Assembly: GCA_021613535.1 (NCBI GenBank)
Contig: CP075493.1
Span: forward strand, 7,936,001 to 8,000,000
Source of the DNA: Adineta vaga
Taxonomy: Eukaryota > Animalia > Rotifera
Direction: 5' to 3'
Length of the DNA stretch: 64,000 bases
The notes beneath the pieces are model-generated. The model did no database searches and was not told where the DNA came from. It saw nothing but the letters and a program-made list of their open reading frames with translations. Below, piece after piece: positions 11,512 through 25,077 of this stretch. The translations under genes and the position numbers were made by a program. Numbering within the stretch: position 1 is the first letter of the stretch; every line of letters begins with the position of its first letter.

Positions 11512-14132
11512 ATGGCTCGTCGATTAGCATCCGAAGATTCCGATGAAGAATTTCAAGAAAGTCAATACGCTAAATTGCAAAATAGTTATCGACATGCACG
11601 CGAAGATCAGCGTGAATATACGATCGAGAAAAAGGATCAACTACGCACGCAACAGTAACACGAACTGATTCAATCAGCTTAATTTAATCAATATTTTATT
11701 TTTTTAGTAAAACTTTAGATCAATTAGCACGTGAACGTGATGAACTGGACAAAGTCTATAAACTAGCAGAAAGTTTAGAAAATCAAAAACGTGATGAAGA
11801 AAAAACCAAAAAATTGAACGAACTTGTTCAAACAAAAGGTTTGTTTCATTTTCATCTCGAAGATCGTTTCAGATTTGCTTCTTTTAGATCAAATTAAGAT
11901 GGAGATTCGAAATGAACAGGATGAATCAGTTAGATTAGATAAAGAATTGCGTGATTGGGAAAAGAAGATTCGTCAAAAACTTACAGAAACTGGTGGTGCA
12001 AATGGTTCCACCACATTTACTGCTACTGTTCGAAAACAAGAACGAGTTTTAGAGAATCGATTAGAAACGGTAAGGACATATATTCAGTCGATAGTATTCA
12101 TTGCATTGATTTGTTATTTTGTGTTTTTATTTCAGGCTCTTCAACGTTTTAATTCTCTATTGACGGCAAATAGTTTATTACGTTCGGAAATCGATAATTT
12201 ACGAAATGAAAGAGAACGTTTTGAAAACTTATCACAAAAATCCGAAAATGAACTCAAGGAATTACGTGCTCGATTAGTTGCATCGATTGAACAATCAGTA
12301 GCTGCTTATGACCAACGGTAATAGAGAAAAAAATCCCTGAAATCAATCCTCAGTTACAGACTGCTCTGATTAGATATCTCAATCAAACATTAAGTATTAA
12401 AGATAAGAGTAATCATATGAATATTGTTCATTCAAGCTTCTTTGCAATTTTTTTATACACATTTAATGCTATTTCATTGTTATTTTAGCAAAGATGCCAA
12501 TAGCAAAGCAATTCTACTTCAAAGTATTTATTAATTTTTAGTTAAAATTTGTTTTTTTCCTAATGGTTTGTTTTTCAATCCTTCTTAGACAAAGCTGAAA
12601 CAGACAAAGCAGCAGCTGAAGCTGAAATGAGAGAACTTGAACGACAAATTTCTCATGATCGTAAACTACGTGATTTCATGAAATTAAAATCACAAGAACG
12701 ACACGAAGATGAAGAATTAGTTACCTATAGAAAACGACGAGGTTGTATGCCCTTTTTTATTCATGCACAGCACAATATCGTTAATTGATTTGTAGAAGCG
12801 GAAGCTGCAGAAAAACGTCGTAAAGAAAAGGAAGAACATTCAATTGAAGCTTATGAAAGTAAATTCAAACAAATTCAAGAAATAAGTCGTGAACCAAATC
12901 TAGAAAAACTGGTCGATAGATTTATTGAAGGTTTGATAGAAAATATTGAAAAGAAATTTTCTAAAAAGAAACTCTTTATTTCTTTTAGTGGAAGACAAAA
13001 ATTTTGCTTTATTCAATTATGTCAATGAATTGAATAATCGAGTCGAAACATTACAAGAACAAATATCGGATATTAAGAAAGAAATTCGTCATTTTGAAGG
13101 ACAAGGTGTTGAATTAGAATCTCAACGACAGAAATTATTAAATAAAATCGAACATAAATGCACACAAGCAGATAAAACAGCAAATGAATATCAAGAAAAA
13201 AGTCAAGCAACACGAAAAGTTCTCGATCAATGTCGAACAGGTACTAATTTTAAACTTTGATTCAAACCCTAATGTACAAAGCAACAGTGTCCTTCAGACC
13301 CCCTGTGTGAACTTTTAAGTTAGACTAAATTATCCTTAGTATTACACAAACAATATTTTAACAGCTTAAGTAAAAATCGTAATATACAGTTCTATTCGTG
13401 TGTATCGATACACATTGTCTTCATACTAAGAGAACAAAATCGGAGATAAAGAATTCCATCGTATCACATTGATCAGCTAGTTCATAAAAAGATTAGCATT
13501 TATTTAATTTCTTTTTTTTGCTAATTAGGTGTTGATTCCTTGTTTAAAAAGATTGGTTGTGATCGTCGACAAATTGATCAATTATTACAAAGTCATGAAG
13601 GTGTAACTGAAGATAATATCTTGAAATATCTAGGTATTGTCGAAGAAAGAACAAATGAATTACTTACTGCTCAAGCAACCATCGCTGCCAAAGTAGAAAG
13701 CCTTTTTTGTTTTATTAAAATTCTATACAATTGATACCTAGGAACAAAATATACCTCTACGTGAACGTGCTCCAAATTTGATAGGTGATGGTCCATCTGC
13801 TCCCAAAACTCAATTTAATCTTCATCTTCCAAATACGTAAGGATTTATAGAATATTTTGAAAATTTTATCTGGTGAGTTTTCGTCTAGTGATGATCGTCG
13901 TGATCCAGACGACCGTGACGATCGAGGTGATGATGAACTGAAACCATTAACACGTGAAGAATTAAAACTACGTGCAGCTGAACAAGTCAAACATTTAGAG
14001 CGTAAAGCACTTCAAGAACAAAATAAATATAATGATCTAGCACTATCAACAACACGTGAAAAGAGTGCACCAGGAACATCAAGAACAGGCGCTGGAGAAA
14101 ATAGCAAAATAACAACATCTCGAGGACGTTAA
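11512..14132 (+). CDS. Outer dynein arm docking complex coiled-coil protein (CCDC63/CCDC114-ODAD1 family)
   Basis: Coiled-coil exons with VLENRL, RFNSLLTANSLLRSEIDNLRNERERF, AAYDQR, HDRKLRDFMKLK, FIEVEDKNFALFNYVNELN, YLGIVEERTNELL. Confidence 0.88.
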
Positions 14133-14455
14133 AAGAAAATATTTAGAACCATATCGAATGAACTTCTTCTTCTCTTTATTTTCTCATGTAGTAAAAGGCA
14201 CCTTTTTCATAAGCAAGTTTGTTGAATTTTGAATGGCACATTTTTTTTTCGGTGATTATGAAATACTTTTGAAGACAAAAGAGCAAGGGTTGTTTGTATA
14301 AATTTAGAAATTTTCACTGAAGCAATCGATTTCATCATAGCGGCTAAATTGAATACACATATTCAATAGATAGATCAATAAGATATTTATGTACGAAACC
14401 ATTTATTACAAGGTAAAAAAAGATCTAAGTTCTAATTGCGTATACAAATGAAAAA

Positions 14456-15477
14456 TTATGCGGTACAGTAACGTGCGCTACATATAGGTAGAGGAGGTAA
14501 TAAAAAAACATAGTAACTACTACCGGAAGAACACAATATTACAGATATATCGATGACAATACCACAGGTGCTTGCGTAAGTTTCGCCGCATACCGTTCCA
14601 CTTGTAATTGTATTCGGTGATGTTGGTAACGAAGCATTGTACCAAATAGGTATGAAAGCACCACAATGACTCGTACCTGGTGGAGATTGAGTCAAGACAT
14701 TACCACCCGCACCGACAAATCGAATCCAAGCTCCTCCACTTGTTGCATTGAATATGGGTCCATTGTCACAATTACTAACCGATGAAATATATGTGTAGGC
14801 TCGTGTTGGATCATTGATTTCTGTATAAGTCGAACATGCTGATCCACTTTGACTGCCAATACTAATACTACTCGTTAATGATCCTGTTGATGCTATGGTA
14901 ACTAAAACAAAGAAAATTTATTCGGATAACTATAGTATATTTTAATCATAAGAAAAAAATTTACCCGAATTCTGATTATCGCTTCCAGTTCCAGATGAAT
15001 TTTGAGATTTTAAGACACCAAAAACGATACCAAGTGCAATAGCTGTAATAAGGATCAATGTCACAATAATAATAAATGTTGTAATTCCTGCTCGAACACT
15101 ACAAAGTCGTCTATCATGATATGATTGTACACTAAACAAAATAAAAATAAACCATTAAGTTTAAAAGTAACAATTCAGCACAAATTCATTTCTTCATACT
15201 CAGTCATAGTGCTATTAGCAGATAATGTTATATAAGACCGACCTTCAGAAAGTCGTTTTTTCCATATACTAGGTTCTTTCTGAATTGTTTCGATCTTTTT
15301 CGAATTTCCTTTTTGTTTTATCGGTGCAACCTAATTAAATTATGAATTCTAACATTTCTCAAAACTAATCAAGTCTCTTACTTTTCGAACTGAACGATTG
15401 TCAGGATGTTCTTTCTGTGAGAGAACACTCACTTCATTTGCCGTTTGTTTTTTCCACCCAATTGAAATCGAACTCAT
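14456..15477 (-). CDS. Type II single-pass membrane protein with C-terminal uromodulin/GP2/OIT3-like D8C domain
   Basis: Four exons: cytoplasmic N-terminus, TM helix (AGITTFIIIVTLILITAIALGIVFGV), then C.TYTEINDPTR...CD...WIRFVGAGG..L....P....CG...PIW....LP.......TVC...I.V..C....YYVF.L..LP.CSARYC. Confidence 0.75.
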
Positions 15478-16573
15478 TTTAATAATTTGTATTATGATAC
15501 GTTCTCACACATTTTTCAACATATTTTATAGGCACAAAAAACAATAATCAAATTCTATTATTCAAAACAACTTTGAGATTTATGTATTGACAGATTCCAT
15601 AGAACAGTATAATTTGCAAAAAAGAACAAAGAAGTCATCAAAATTATAACTATCGTAAGATAGGTCATGATCATGGACATAAATTGGGTGCATTGTATTC
15701 TCAAAAGTTCTCTGAATGTCATTGTGAATTTAATAGAAAAGTAATTTCAGTCACATGACATATAAGAAATATAATCATATACTTGGAGATCGATGTAGTG
15801 GGAACAAAAAAAGGTTTCTACTATAGCATGCATATTCCAATGTTGTTGATTGTCAATGATATAGATGCTTATGTTTTATTCAATTATCATTTTCTTTCGT
15901 CTATATCATTGGTATATAATCCCTTGACGCAGATTGTTCACACTAATGCGTATATTCAATGAACGAAACAGATAAATTAGGTTAAAGCTTGCTCTTTTTT
16001 GCTTCTTCTTCTTCTTCTTCTTCATCCATCTGTTCTTACATGTGTCTGTTCATTAACAATTCATATTAGACTTGAGATACTGATGGGTTAACATTCTTTT
16101 CTTTATTTTTCAATCAATGATTAGATCTCAAGAGAGAGAATCTTCTTTCGTCTTTTGTTTGTACGACAACATTGAAGATGTTTCAGAGGTACTCAACAAT
16201 TGCATGTCTAGGCATAGATCAACTAATAAACATTCTGTCATATCTTCGTGATGACATTGATAGGCAACAAACTGACTTGAATTTGTTTAACACATTCTCT
16301 TGTTCAATGATTGTTCTTCAGATTGAATTACTTGAAATATACACGTATATATAAGTTTCTCAACAACAATCTTGTCTCATTCTTTGAAACGTGTTCAAGC
16401 AGAAATCTATTTCTTTTCTTCTGACAATGTCCTCTAGGCTCACTCTCACACATATTCAATACACCAATAGAAACCTTATCTGTATACGTGCACACGCGAA
16501 CAAGCGCATGATGATGGCGTGTCCATCGTGCGGCTAATTGAAAAATTAATGAAGCAAATATTTTCAAGCAACC

Positions 16574-16603
16574 ACTACTACTACTACTACTATTACTATC
16601 ATC
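16574..16603 (+). repeat. (ACT)n-type trinucleotide microsatellite
   Basis: actactactactactactattactatcatc run in intergenic DNA. Confidence 0.6.
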
Positions 16604-18476
16604 ATCAACTGAACGAGATAGATGAGACATCAACAACACCATCTCCAATCATCATTCAACTGTATTTTGAAGAAAGAAGAAAAAGGAAACAATATCTTCG
16701 ATATATACATGTCTTTTTTTTATGATTAAAGAAACATGAATTTTTAGTTGATAGTTCTACAAGTAAATGTTAATAACAATCATTGGATAGATAAAATCGT
16801 CTTGAGGGTGATATTTGATCAAATTTATATCGAACTAGTTCCTATTGATTTTAGTCAATATTTAATCACTCGTTTCTAACGTGTTAGTTGTTCGTTTTTT
16901 TTAATGTCAATATCATCGTGTATTGGTGACCAACAGTTTGTTTGTCTCAAAGCTTCTAATCTCACCAACAACTCATACTAATCAAATCGATATAAAAAGT
17001 ACAGCCAGAGAACAAACATTATCACCCTTCGAAGCGAATCGAATTTCTTCAATCTTTCCATCTGTTCCATACTTTTGTTTTCAGCAGATGCCATCTTACA
17101 TAATTTGTGTTTTTTTTAAAAAGGAAAAAAAAATCGGAAGATATAATTAGAAAATGTTTCACAACATAGAGATATTTCATATAGCTTGAGGCATTCTTTT
17201 GATGATAAGCGTTAGAATTCTAATGCTTCCTGATTCTAACATAATAAACAAGAAACTAAAATTTTGCATCGATTAGAAATGATAAATCAAAGAGAATGTT
17301 TGCTTGTTCTACCACTTGATGTCATTCTGCCCACTGTCTTTAATACTTATCTTTGTTCTTAATGTATATGTCCGAAACATATGTGCGTATATGATTACTT
17401 TCAATTTCATCCGTAGCGTTTGATTTGACTTTTTTCCTATTAACTATGTAGTACCTGTCATGGCCATCCCAATGGCAACTAATAATTAAACACTCAAAGT
17501 GTGATGAGACTTATACAACGTTTCTTATGTTTATTTATGTCTCTAATGTCTGGCATTCTGTTAATGAAAGACAAACTTTTTTTTCTCCTACTCGTCATAA
17601 ACAATTCTACTACAAACCAGATTCTTCATTGTCTTTTCGGAGGTCAACATACAAATTAGTGATGATAATTAAAAATGTACATATGACAACGCGAGTGTCA
17701 AAAGAAGAAGAAGAAGATAGACATGTATGCGAGATATGTTTGACGAATTCAACCGTAACAAGACTTGAGGGAAGAAAAAAAGAAAGAAAAAAAAAGGAAA
17801 TTCATATGTATTGTGTTCAGTTAGTGGAATTCCTCATATTTTTCTCGCTTTCTCTTCTTGCTTCTCTGAAGAAAGGAACTATATTACTCTATTATTTGGT
17901 TGGTTGGTTTCTTTTTCGTCTCATCATTCTTGTGTATACTTGATCGTTCTTTACTTGCATCTTTTTCTTCTTCTCTTTAGCCGGTTCGTCGACAAACGAC
18001 CGAGAAAAGAATGCTGACATCCAATAGAAAGAAAAGAAGCAACTTATTTCTTTCTTTCTTATAAGTAAGAGTGTTTTTTTCTTGTTCTTCATCAAAGAGT
18101 AACGTACAATACTTTCTCTCTCTCTCTTCCTTTTCTTCTCTACCTGATCTTGTTTGCAGATCTTCATCTTACTACATAATCAAAACAACATTTGATGAAT
18201 TAAGGTGAGTATTTATGTATATACATACACTGAATATCAAAAAAAAGAAGAAGAAAGAAACAACTTCTTTTGCATGAATTAGAATTGTATCATATCTGCA
18301 TTGATTCCTCGTCGTAGTTTATTTTCAAGTAGGTGATCATAAGAAATAAATGTTTATTTTTTTCTACTAGTGATTCTCAATTTCGTCTATTTCTTTTTCT
18401 TGTCTTGTTCATTCCGATTGTCAATAGAAAAGCCATTGAAGTTAATAATTGGAAATTCAAGTAGCTAGGTAGTTAC

Positions 18477-18499
18477 TGAATGAATGAATGAATGAATGA
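18477..18499 (+). repeat. (TGAA)n microsatellite
   Basis: tgaatgaatgaatgaatgaatga upstream of Lhx1/5. Confidence 0.6.
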
Positions 18500-19002
18500 T
18501 TGGCTTCATATGAACCAGATTTATCTACGCGAGACGTGTATTTTACGAAATGAGTTATCAATCGAGAAACAAACAGATATTTTTTTACGCATTTTATCGT
18601 ATAGTATTCGAATCACACGTCTTCATCTTCTCCTCCTCTTCTCTTTTTTCTCTCTAGCATGAAATGTGTCAAGCAAATACTCTCTGTCTATTCTGTTTTG
18701 TTTCTCCATGCATCATCAAACCATGAAATAACCATAACCATTCATATTCGTTTCATCATTCGTAAAAGGATACGTTTTTAAGAGAATCCAGTGAGTCATT
18801 AACACACAGTTTGGGGTAGATTGTGATATTCTTTTTTTTTTAAACAAGAAAATGAAATCAAGCTTTTCCTATTTAACACAACGTAGTGGAGAGAAAAAAA
18901 AATCAATTTGATATACTTAAGCTTTTGTTCGTTTATTTGAAGATTAGTCAACGAGTTTAATCTTCTATTAGTAAGTTTAAAAGGAAAAAGTTATTAATTT
19001 AG

Positions 19003-20467
19003 ATGACGTTCTCAGTCTGTGCTGGTTGTCATGAAGCTATTCAAGATCAATGGATTTATGAAGTATTAGATCGACTTTGGCATGGACATTGTTTACGCTG
19101 TGTAGATTGTGATCAATTATTAACTGAAAAATGTTATACACGTGATGGAAAACTTTATTGTCACAGAGATTTTTATCGGTAATATTGAAAAAGTTAGAAT
19201 GATGATCTTGTTTTATTCGATTTTTCTACTATAGACGTTATTGGTGTCGTCGTTGTTCAGGTTGTTTACAAGAAATTAGTCAAGGTGAATATTATTTAAG
19301 TGCTTGGGATCAATTTTATCATTGGGATTGTTATAAATGTTGTTTATGTTTACGTAAAGTGAATACAGGAGAAGAAATTCATTTAACACATGATAATCGT
19401 TTTATTTGTAAAGAAGATTTTACTGCTCGAATGAAATGTCAAGATGAATATGAAAACGATAATAAAATACGAAGTGAACATGATTATGATAAAGAAAATT
19501 CCTCATTTAAATCTCAACCTATGCAACCATCAACATCAACACCAAACTCAAATTTAAGTTCATCGGATTGTTTGAAAGAAGATGATGGTGATACACAAAT
19601 GTCCGATTGTTCATTAGATTGTAAAGATGATGATCAAATATGTTTAACTAATACAAATAATAATAATAATTCATCAAGTACTTGTTCCTCATCATCATAT
19701 CATCAGAAAAAATCCAATTTAGATCCCGCAGATAATGGTAATTCCAATGGACCCAAAAAACGTGGTCCACGAACAACAATTAAAACGAAACAACTTGAAC
19801 AATTAAAATCAGCATTTGCAGCAACACCAAAACCTACTCGACATATACGAGAAGAATTAGCACGTGAAACAGGTTTAGCAATGCGTGTTATTCAAGTCTG
19901 GTTTCAAAATCGTCGTTCAAAAGAACGTCGTATTAAACAATCGATTACATGTGGTGGATCACGTCGACATTATTATCGACGTGTTGCATCCGGTCGACCA
20001 TTTGACGATGAAATGATGCCTCATCCTGGTTTAAATTACTTACCAGGTAAGAAATATTGTATTCGGAAGAAAAAGAATTGAGGAAGGAAGTGTTTTTTTT
20101 CTTTTCTAGATGGATTTCAAGGAGATTTTATGTACCCAAGACCGCCACCACCACCACCGACACAGAATTATAATGATTTTATGATGCAACAAGAATTACA
20201 TCAAAGACTTAATTATGGACCAACTGGTGGTAAGAAGAGAAATATATATACATAGAAAGAAAGTTAATCTCTTTTCATTCCTTTTCTTTTCTTTCTTTCT
20301 ATGATCTAGACTTATCATATACAATGCATCACGAATCAGGGACAGTACCAGACTCGTCAGGAGGTGATTCAGAAGATTTACAACAACGTTTCAGTGGCAC
20401 ACCACCTTTACCATCATCAGTGATTGCAACCGGCGGAAATACGTTTACTGATCATTCATGGAATTAA
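19003..20467 (+). CDS. LHX1: LIM-homeodomain protein Lhx1/5 (Lim1)
   Basis: Two LIM domains (CAGC..WH..CLRC.DC..YC; CSGC..YH.DCYKCCLC..FICKEDF) and homeodomain RGPRTTIKTKQLEQLKSAFAATPKPTRHIREELARETGLAMRVIQVWFQNRRSKERR, diagnostic of Lhx1/5. Confidence 0.92.
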
Positions 20468-21622
20468 TTCATTTCATATGTGTATGTGCGTGTGTCTTCG
20501 CGTGTGTATAACAGTCGTTGCTTCTTCATTTCTTTTGCCTTTTGTCAGTCTATATTCAGCTTTTCTTGTTGTTTTCTTGATTTTTTTTTGAAAAAAAAAG
20601 TCTAAAATGATTTCTTGACGTGATGTGACGATCTCATGCTGAGTGACAACGGAATTTCAGACAGCTGAATAAATGTACATGAGCGGAAATGTCAACTTGA
20701 ATGTGTGCGCGCGTTTCTTTCGTCTTTGTTTCCTGTCAATTGGCAGTTCCTATCTTTTCTATTTTATTTTGTCTTTGTATTAAAGTCAAAAATACTAATC
20801 ATCTTCCCAGTTATTTCCATCATCATGATCATCACTTTCGAATGAAAAACAAACTCAAACGAGATTGATCAATATTGAATTCTTACAATAACGTGATCGC
20901 ACCATACGAAAAGGAATCTCAATCTACGTCGACAAACAAATCTGGACATCTATGTGGCATTATATGTTCAAAAGAAACCTTGTCTTCATCGAGATGAAAT
21001 AAGAGAGACAGAAAGTTTGATTAAGAAACCTTAAGTATAGAGATGACGAGTGAGATTCAATGATATGAAGAAAACGAGTGAGAGAGTGAGACCACTGACT
21101 GTGCAAGTAAACAAGAATTGCTATTGTCAAAAGGTGTTGCTTAATTCATTTTCTTTTTCTTCTTAGTTGTGAATAAGATGAAACATAAAACGATAAGTAA
21201 AATGAATCAGTCATTTGAGTATATACTTAACAAACGTGTGATCAACAAGGTGTTATGTGTTTTTTCTCTTTTCCGATCAATGATGACTATATACACACAT
21301 ATATGTAGACACTAGAACGGAAGGAAATTTTTGAATATGTTTCGATACATGCAGGTTAAGGTGTTAACACTTGAATACTATTTGTTTATGTAATCTTTAA
21401 ATAATTATTTACGAAAGTGAAATTCTGATGTTATATTATATATCGATAGTAATACCTTGAAAACAATAACGACGACATCTATTGAAAACTATATTTCATA
21501 TTGGAAACCGACATGGGTGAAATATGGACTGTAGTCAACGTTTTACGTTTAAAATGAAATAAAAGATATTTCTTTCTCACTAATCGTTCGATTCGATCGA
21601 GTTCGAGATTTTGTTTCAATAA

Positions 21623-22273
21623 ATGTTTCCAACACCTAGTTTAATACATTTTACACGAAATGATTATAATCAAATTTATGAACCTGATGCTGATTCATTT
21701 CTTCTTCTCGATGCACTTGAATTAAAATTTAATAAAATTCTTGAACAAAAACCTTTTATTATCTTAGAATTTGGTTCTGGTTCAGGTATAGCAACAACTT
21801 TTGTAGCCAAGCATTTCTGTCAATCACCATGCTTATTTTTTGCAATTGATATGAATCCATACGCATGTTATTCGACTCGACGAACATTTCAACATAATAA
21901 TGTCGATCAAAAACATTGTTTAAATATTGTACAATGTAATTTAGCCGATCCAATAATTGATCGTTTATCATCAAAAGTTGATTTGCTACTTTTCAATCCA
22001 CCTTATGTTCCAACAGAAACATCAGATGTCAAAGAAGTTATTGATAGAACGTATGCAGGTGGTGAGCAAGGTAATGAAGTAATTCAAAGATCGATTGAAC
22101 AAGCAGGTCGATTATTATCACCGAATGGGTTATTTTACATGGTAGCATTGGAAGAAAATGATTTTGATACAATAAGTGAATTTGGTAATCAAAATGGTTT
22201 GAGTGCAGAGATAGTTCTTAAACGACGAACATTGATTGAGAGATTGTTCGTTGTTGAATTTCAAAGAAAATGA
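21623..22273 (+). CDS. N6AMT1: HemK2/N6AMT1 (eRF1 glutamine) methyltransferase, intronless
   Basis: IYEPDADSFLLLDALE, LEFGSGSG, AIDMNPYA, DLLLFNPPYVPT, YAGGEQG. Confidence 0.93.
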   Translation: MFPTPSLIHFTRNDYNQIYEPDADSFLLLDALELKFNKILEQKPFIILEFGSGSGIATTFVAKHFCQSPCLFFAIDMNPYACYSTRRTFQHNNVDQKHCLNIVQCNLADPIIDRLSSKVDLLLFNPPYVPTETSDVKEVIDRTYAGGEQGNEVIQRSIEQAGRLLSPNGLFYMVALEENDFDTISEFGNQNGLSAEIVLKRRTLIERLFVVEFQRK

Positions 22274-22453
22274 TTTGTTTGAAGTTTTTAGATAAGTGAA
22301 GAATTCTTAGTATTGCACTATCGTTCTGCAACATGACATCTTCTGTATGATGATAAGAAATATATGAGAAGATTGAGTTTATAGTCAGATAAATTTTTGA
22401 TGAATTATTTCAATTTCAGATTTCAATTTATTAAATAAAATCATTAATCAACG

Positions 22454-23015
22454 ATGCCAAAATCAAAAGAATTTATTGAAAATTCTGATTCTGAAGAATC
22501 GAAAAGTTCGAATAAAACTAATTCAGCTAGTGATGAAGAAACACCAAAAGTGACAGTATCGAAAAAATCCAAAGCAAAAAATACCAATGGCAGCACAGAT
22601 GATGTAAGTTTAATTAGTCGTATTTAAACGTATTTACTTCTTTTTGCTTAGCCACCAGCAAAACGAGTGAAACCAAATGAAGATACTGTCCCTTCGACTG
22701 TTGGACTCAATGGTGAACGCCTCTATGAAGTAAATTCATTTCGTACAGTTACTTTCAATCATAATCTGTTCATAGATTGGTAAATCACGTTTTGTGTCAG
22801 TTAGTCAATTTCGAGGTAAACCATATATCAATATTCGTGAATATTATGATGATAATGGTGTACAAAAACCGGGAAAGAAAGGTAAGAAATATTCATGGAA
22901 AAAAACTATTATTGCATTTCGTTTTTCTTCAGGCATTAGTTTACCTGGTGATCAATGGGAAAAATTGAAAGAACTTTTCAGTCAAATAGATAAAGATTTA
23001 AAAAACTCAAAATAG
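22454..23015 (+). CDS. SUB1: Transcriptional coactivator PC4/SUB1
   Basis: [15 protein letters not shown]..., [24 protein letters not shown]....KPGKKGISL..DQWEKLK. Confidence 0.92.
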
Positions 23016-23187
23016 AATAGTAATTTTTTTTTAGGAAAACAAACTTGTATATTAATCATTCTCATTTGTCTGTACTTTATTTATATATTCGAACTTATTA
23101 GTTGTTAAACATGTTCATTTTACTTCAATATATCAATTTATATGTCGAAAAAAAACAAACTCTCAGAAAATATTCTTCGTTCTTTAG

Positions 23188-24836
23188 ATGAAAGAATTTA
23201 TTTGTTCGACTATTGAACGAGATGTTATATTAAAATGTATTCGAGATCGAAAAGTGAGTAGATAGGAAATACTTGATGGTGAGTTTTTCCTTTCTTCGCA
23301 GCGTTTGGATTGTCGAACGATTGATGCAACTCGACCAGTAAATATTGAATTTCGTTCGCATCCAGGCTATGTTTCTGTTACTCTCGGTCAAACACAGTAA
23401 ATTATGAAAGTAAAGAATCTTCTACAATACACAGACTTGTTTAGTGTCATCGCTCAAGCATCCTGTCGGATAACCAAACCAAAAGAAGCACGAGCATCTG
23501 AAGGAAATATTCGTATCCATCTTGATATGTCGAAAATTCCGTTAATTAATCTTGAAAATTGGAAGTAAGTGAGAAGAATTACATTGAAAAAAAAAATCTT
23601 TCGTTTTTCGTCGATTTCTAAAGACATCAAGAATTTGTACAAGAATTAAATGGTATTCTTGAACAAAATATTCGACAATCCAATTGTATTGATTTAGAAT
23701 CATTATGTATTAATGCTGGAGAATTGGTAATTGATATTTATTATTATTATTATTAGTTATAGTTTTGTTTGTTCTATGATTTTAAAGGTTTGGTCAATTA
23801 AAGTCGATCTTATCGTTCTGAATAATTGTGGAAATATTCTTGATTGTGCTAATATAGCAATACTCTGTTCATTATATCATTATCGGTTTGTCTTCTTAAA
23901 AGTGAATGAAATATATTTTTGAAAGAAATATTTGATTTAGTTTACCAGAAGTTTCTCGTGGTTCCGATATTCGTGTGGTTTGTTGAGAGAATTGTTTGAC
24001 TTCCTTCAATGCAAGTTCTTTTTTTTTTATTTATATAGTATTCATCAATTGAACGTCGACCACGACCGTTGCGTATTCTTCATTTTCCTATCAATGTTCT
24101 ATTTGCTTTTTTTATTGAGGGGTATATTTGAGAGATTGAATATCAAAATGATCGGAAAACTTTTGAATTTAGACGTTTTACATTGATTGATCCACATTGT
24201 GATGAAGAACGTTTTATGGATGGATTTGTTTCAATTTCAATGAATCAACATAAAGAAATTTGTGGACTTCATATGGGAGGAAAATTAGGTTTAAAAAGAG
24301 AACAAGTTGAACTTTGCAAGAAATTAGCATTCAATAAAGTTCTGGAATTAACTGATCGAATTCGACAAGTCGTATTAGATTATTATAAGTTAGTAGATAT
24401 GCTAATCATCTATGTTTATGTATTATTATTATTATTATTATTCTTTTTTTGTCTAGAAAAATAGAACCAATATCACATTCTCAACCATCGATTGTTCGCA
24501 TTGATAATCATGGCGACGACGAAGATGAAGAGGAACATATTAGTGATAGTGAAGATGTTGTTTTGACTAAATCTGAAATACCACCATCACCTATTGACGA
24601 CAATATTTCAGTAAATTATTTTGACATGATTTGAATTCTATTTCTATAATATTGATCTATAGCTCTTACAAATGCCAGAAATGAATCGTTTATCTATTAC
24701 TGACGATGATCAAACCGCTATACTTACACATAACGATAATTCGACGAGTGATAATGAGAATGGTAAAAGTCATTCTCTTTTCTTCTATTTATATTGAGAA
24801 TTTTTTTCTTTAGATGATGAACAACGTAATCAATAA
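23188..24836 (+). CDS. EXOSC9: Exosome complex component RRP45
   Basis: RLDCR, VTLGQT, RASEG, CIDLESLCINAGELVWSIKVDL, NNCGNILDCANIA, LIDP..DEE, MNQHKEICGL, acidic C-terminal extension. Confidence 0.88.
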
Positions 24837-25077
24837 GTTTAACAAATGTTTAATATTTTTAAAATATGTGATACAGATCCTATTTATCGAACTTTTACTT
24901 TTTCGCCTGTAACATATAGTCTGCTTGTTTGTGTGTGTTATCTCTCTCTCTATATATATAAAAACAACAACAACAAAGATCAAGATAAACTTATCTTGTT
25001 GCTAAAAATATCGGATACATATATATGTATATATATGTGACTAGATATCGTATTTCGAATTGTCTACTCTTCTGGTA

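Noticed and set aside
21623-22273. NPPY methyltransferase as a DNA amino-methyltransferase or transferred gene
   Set aside because: YEP..DSFLLLDAL and AGG..G identify ordinary eukaryotic HemK2/N6AMT1
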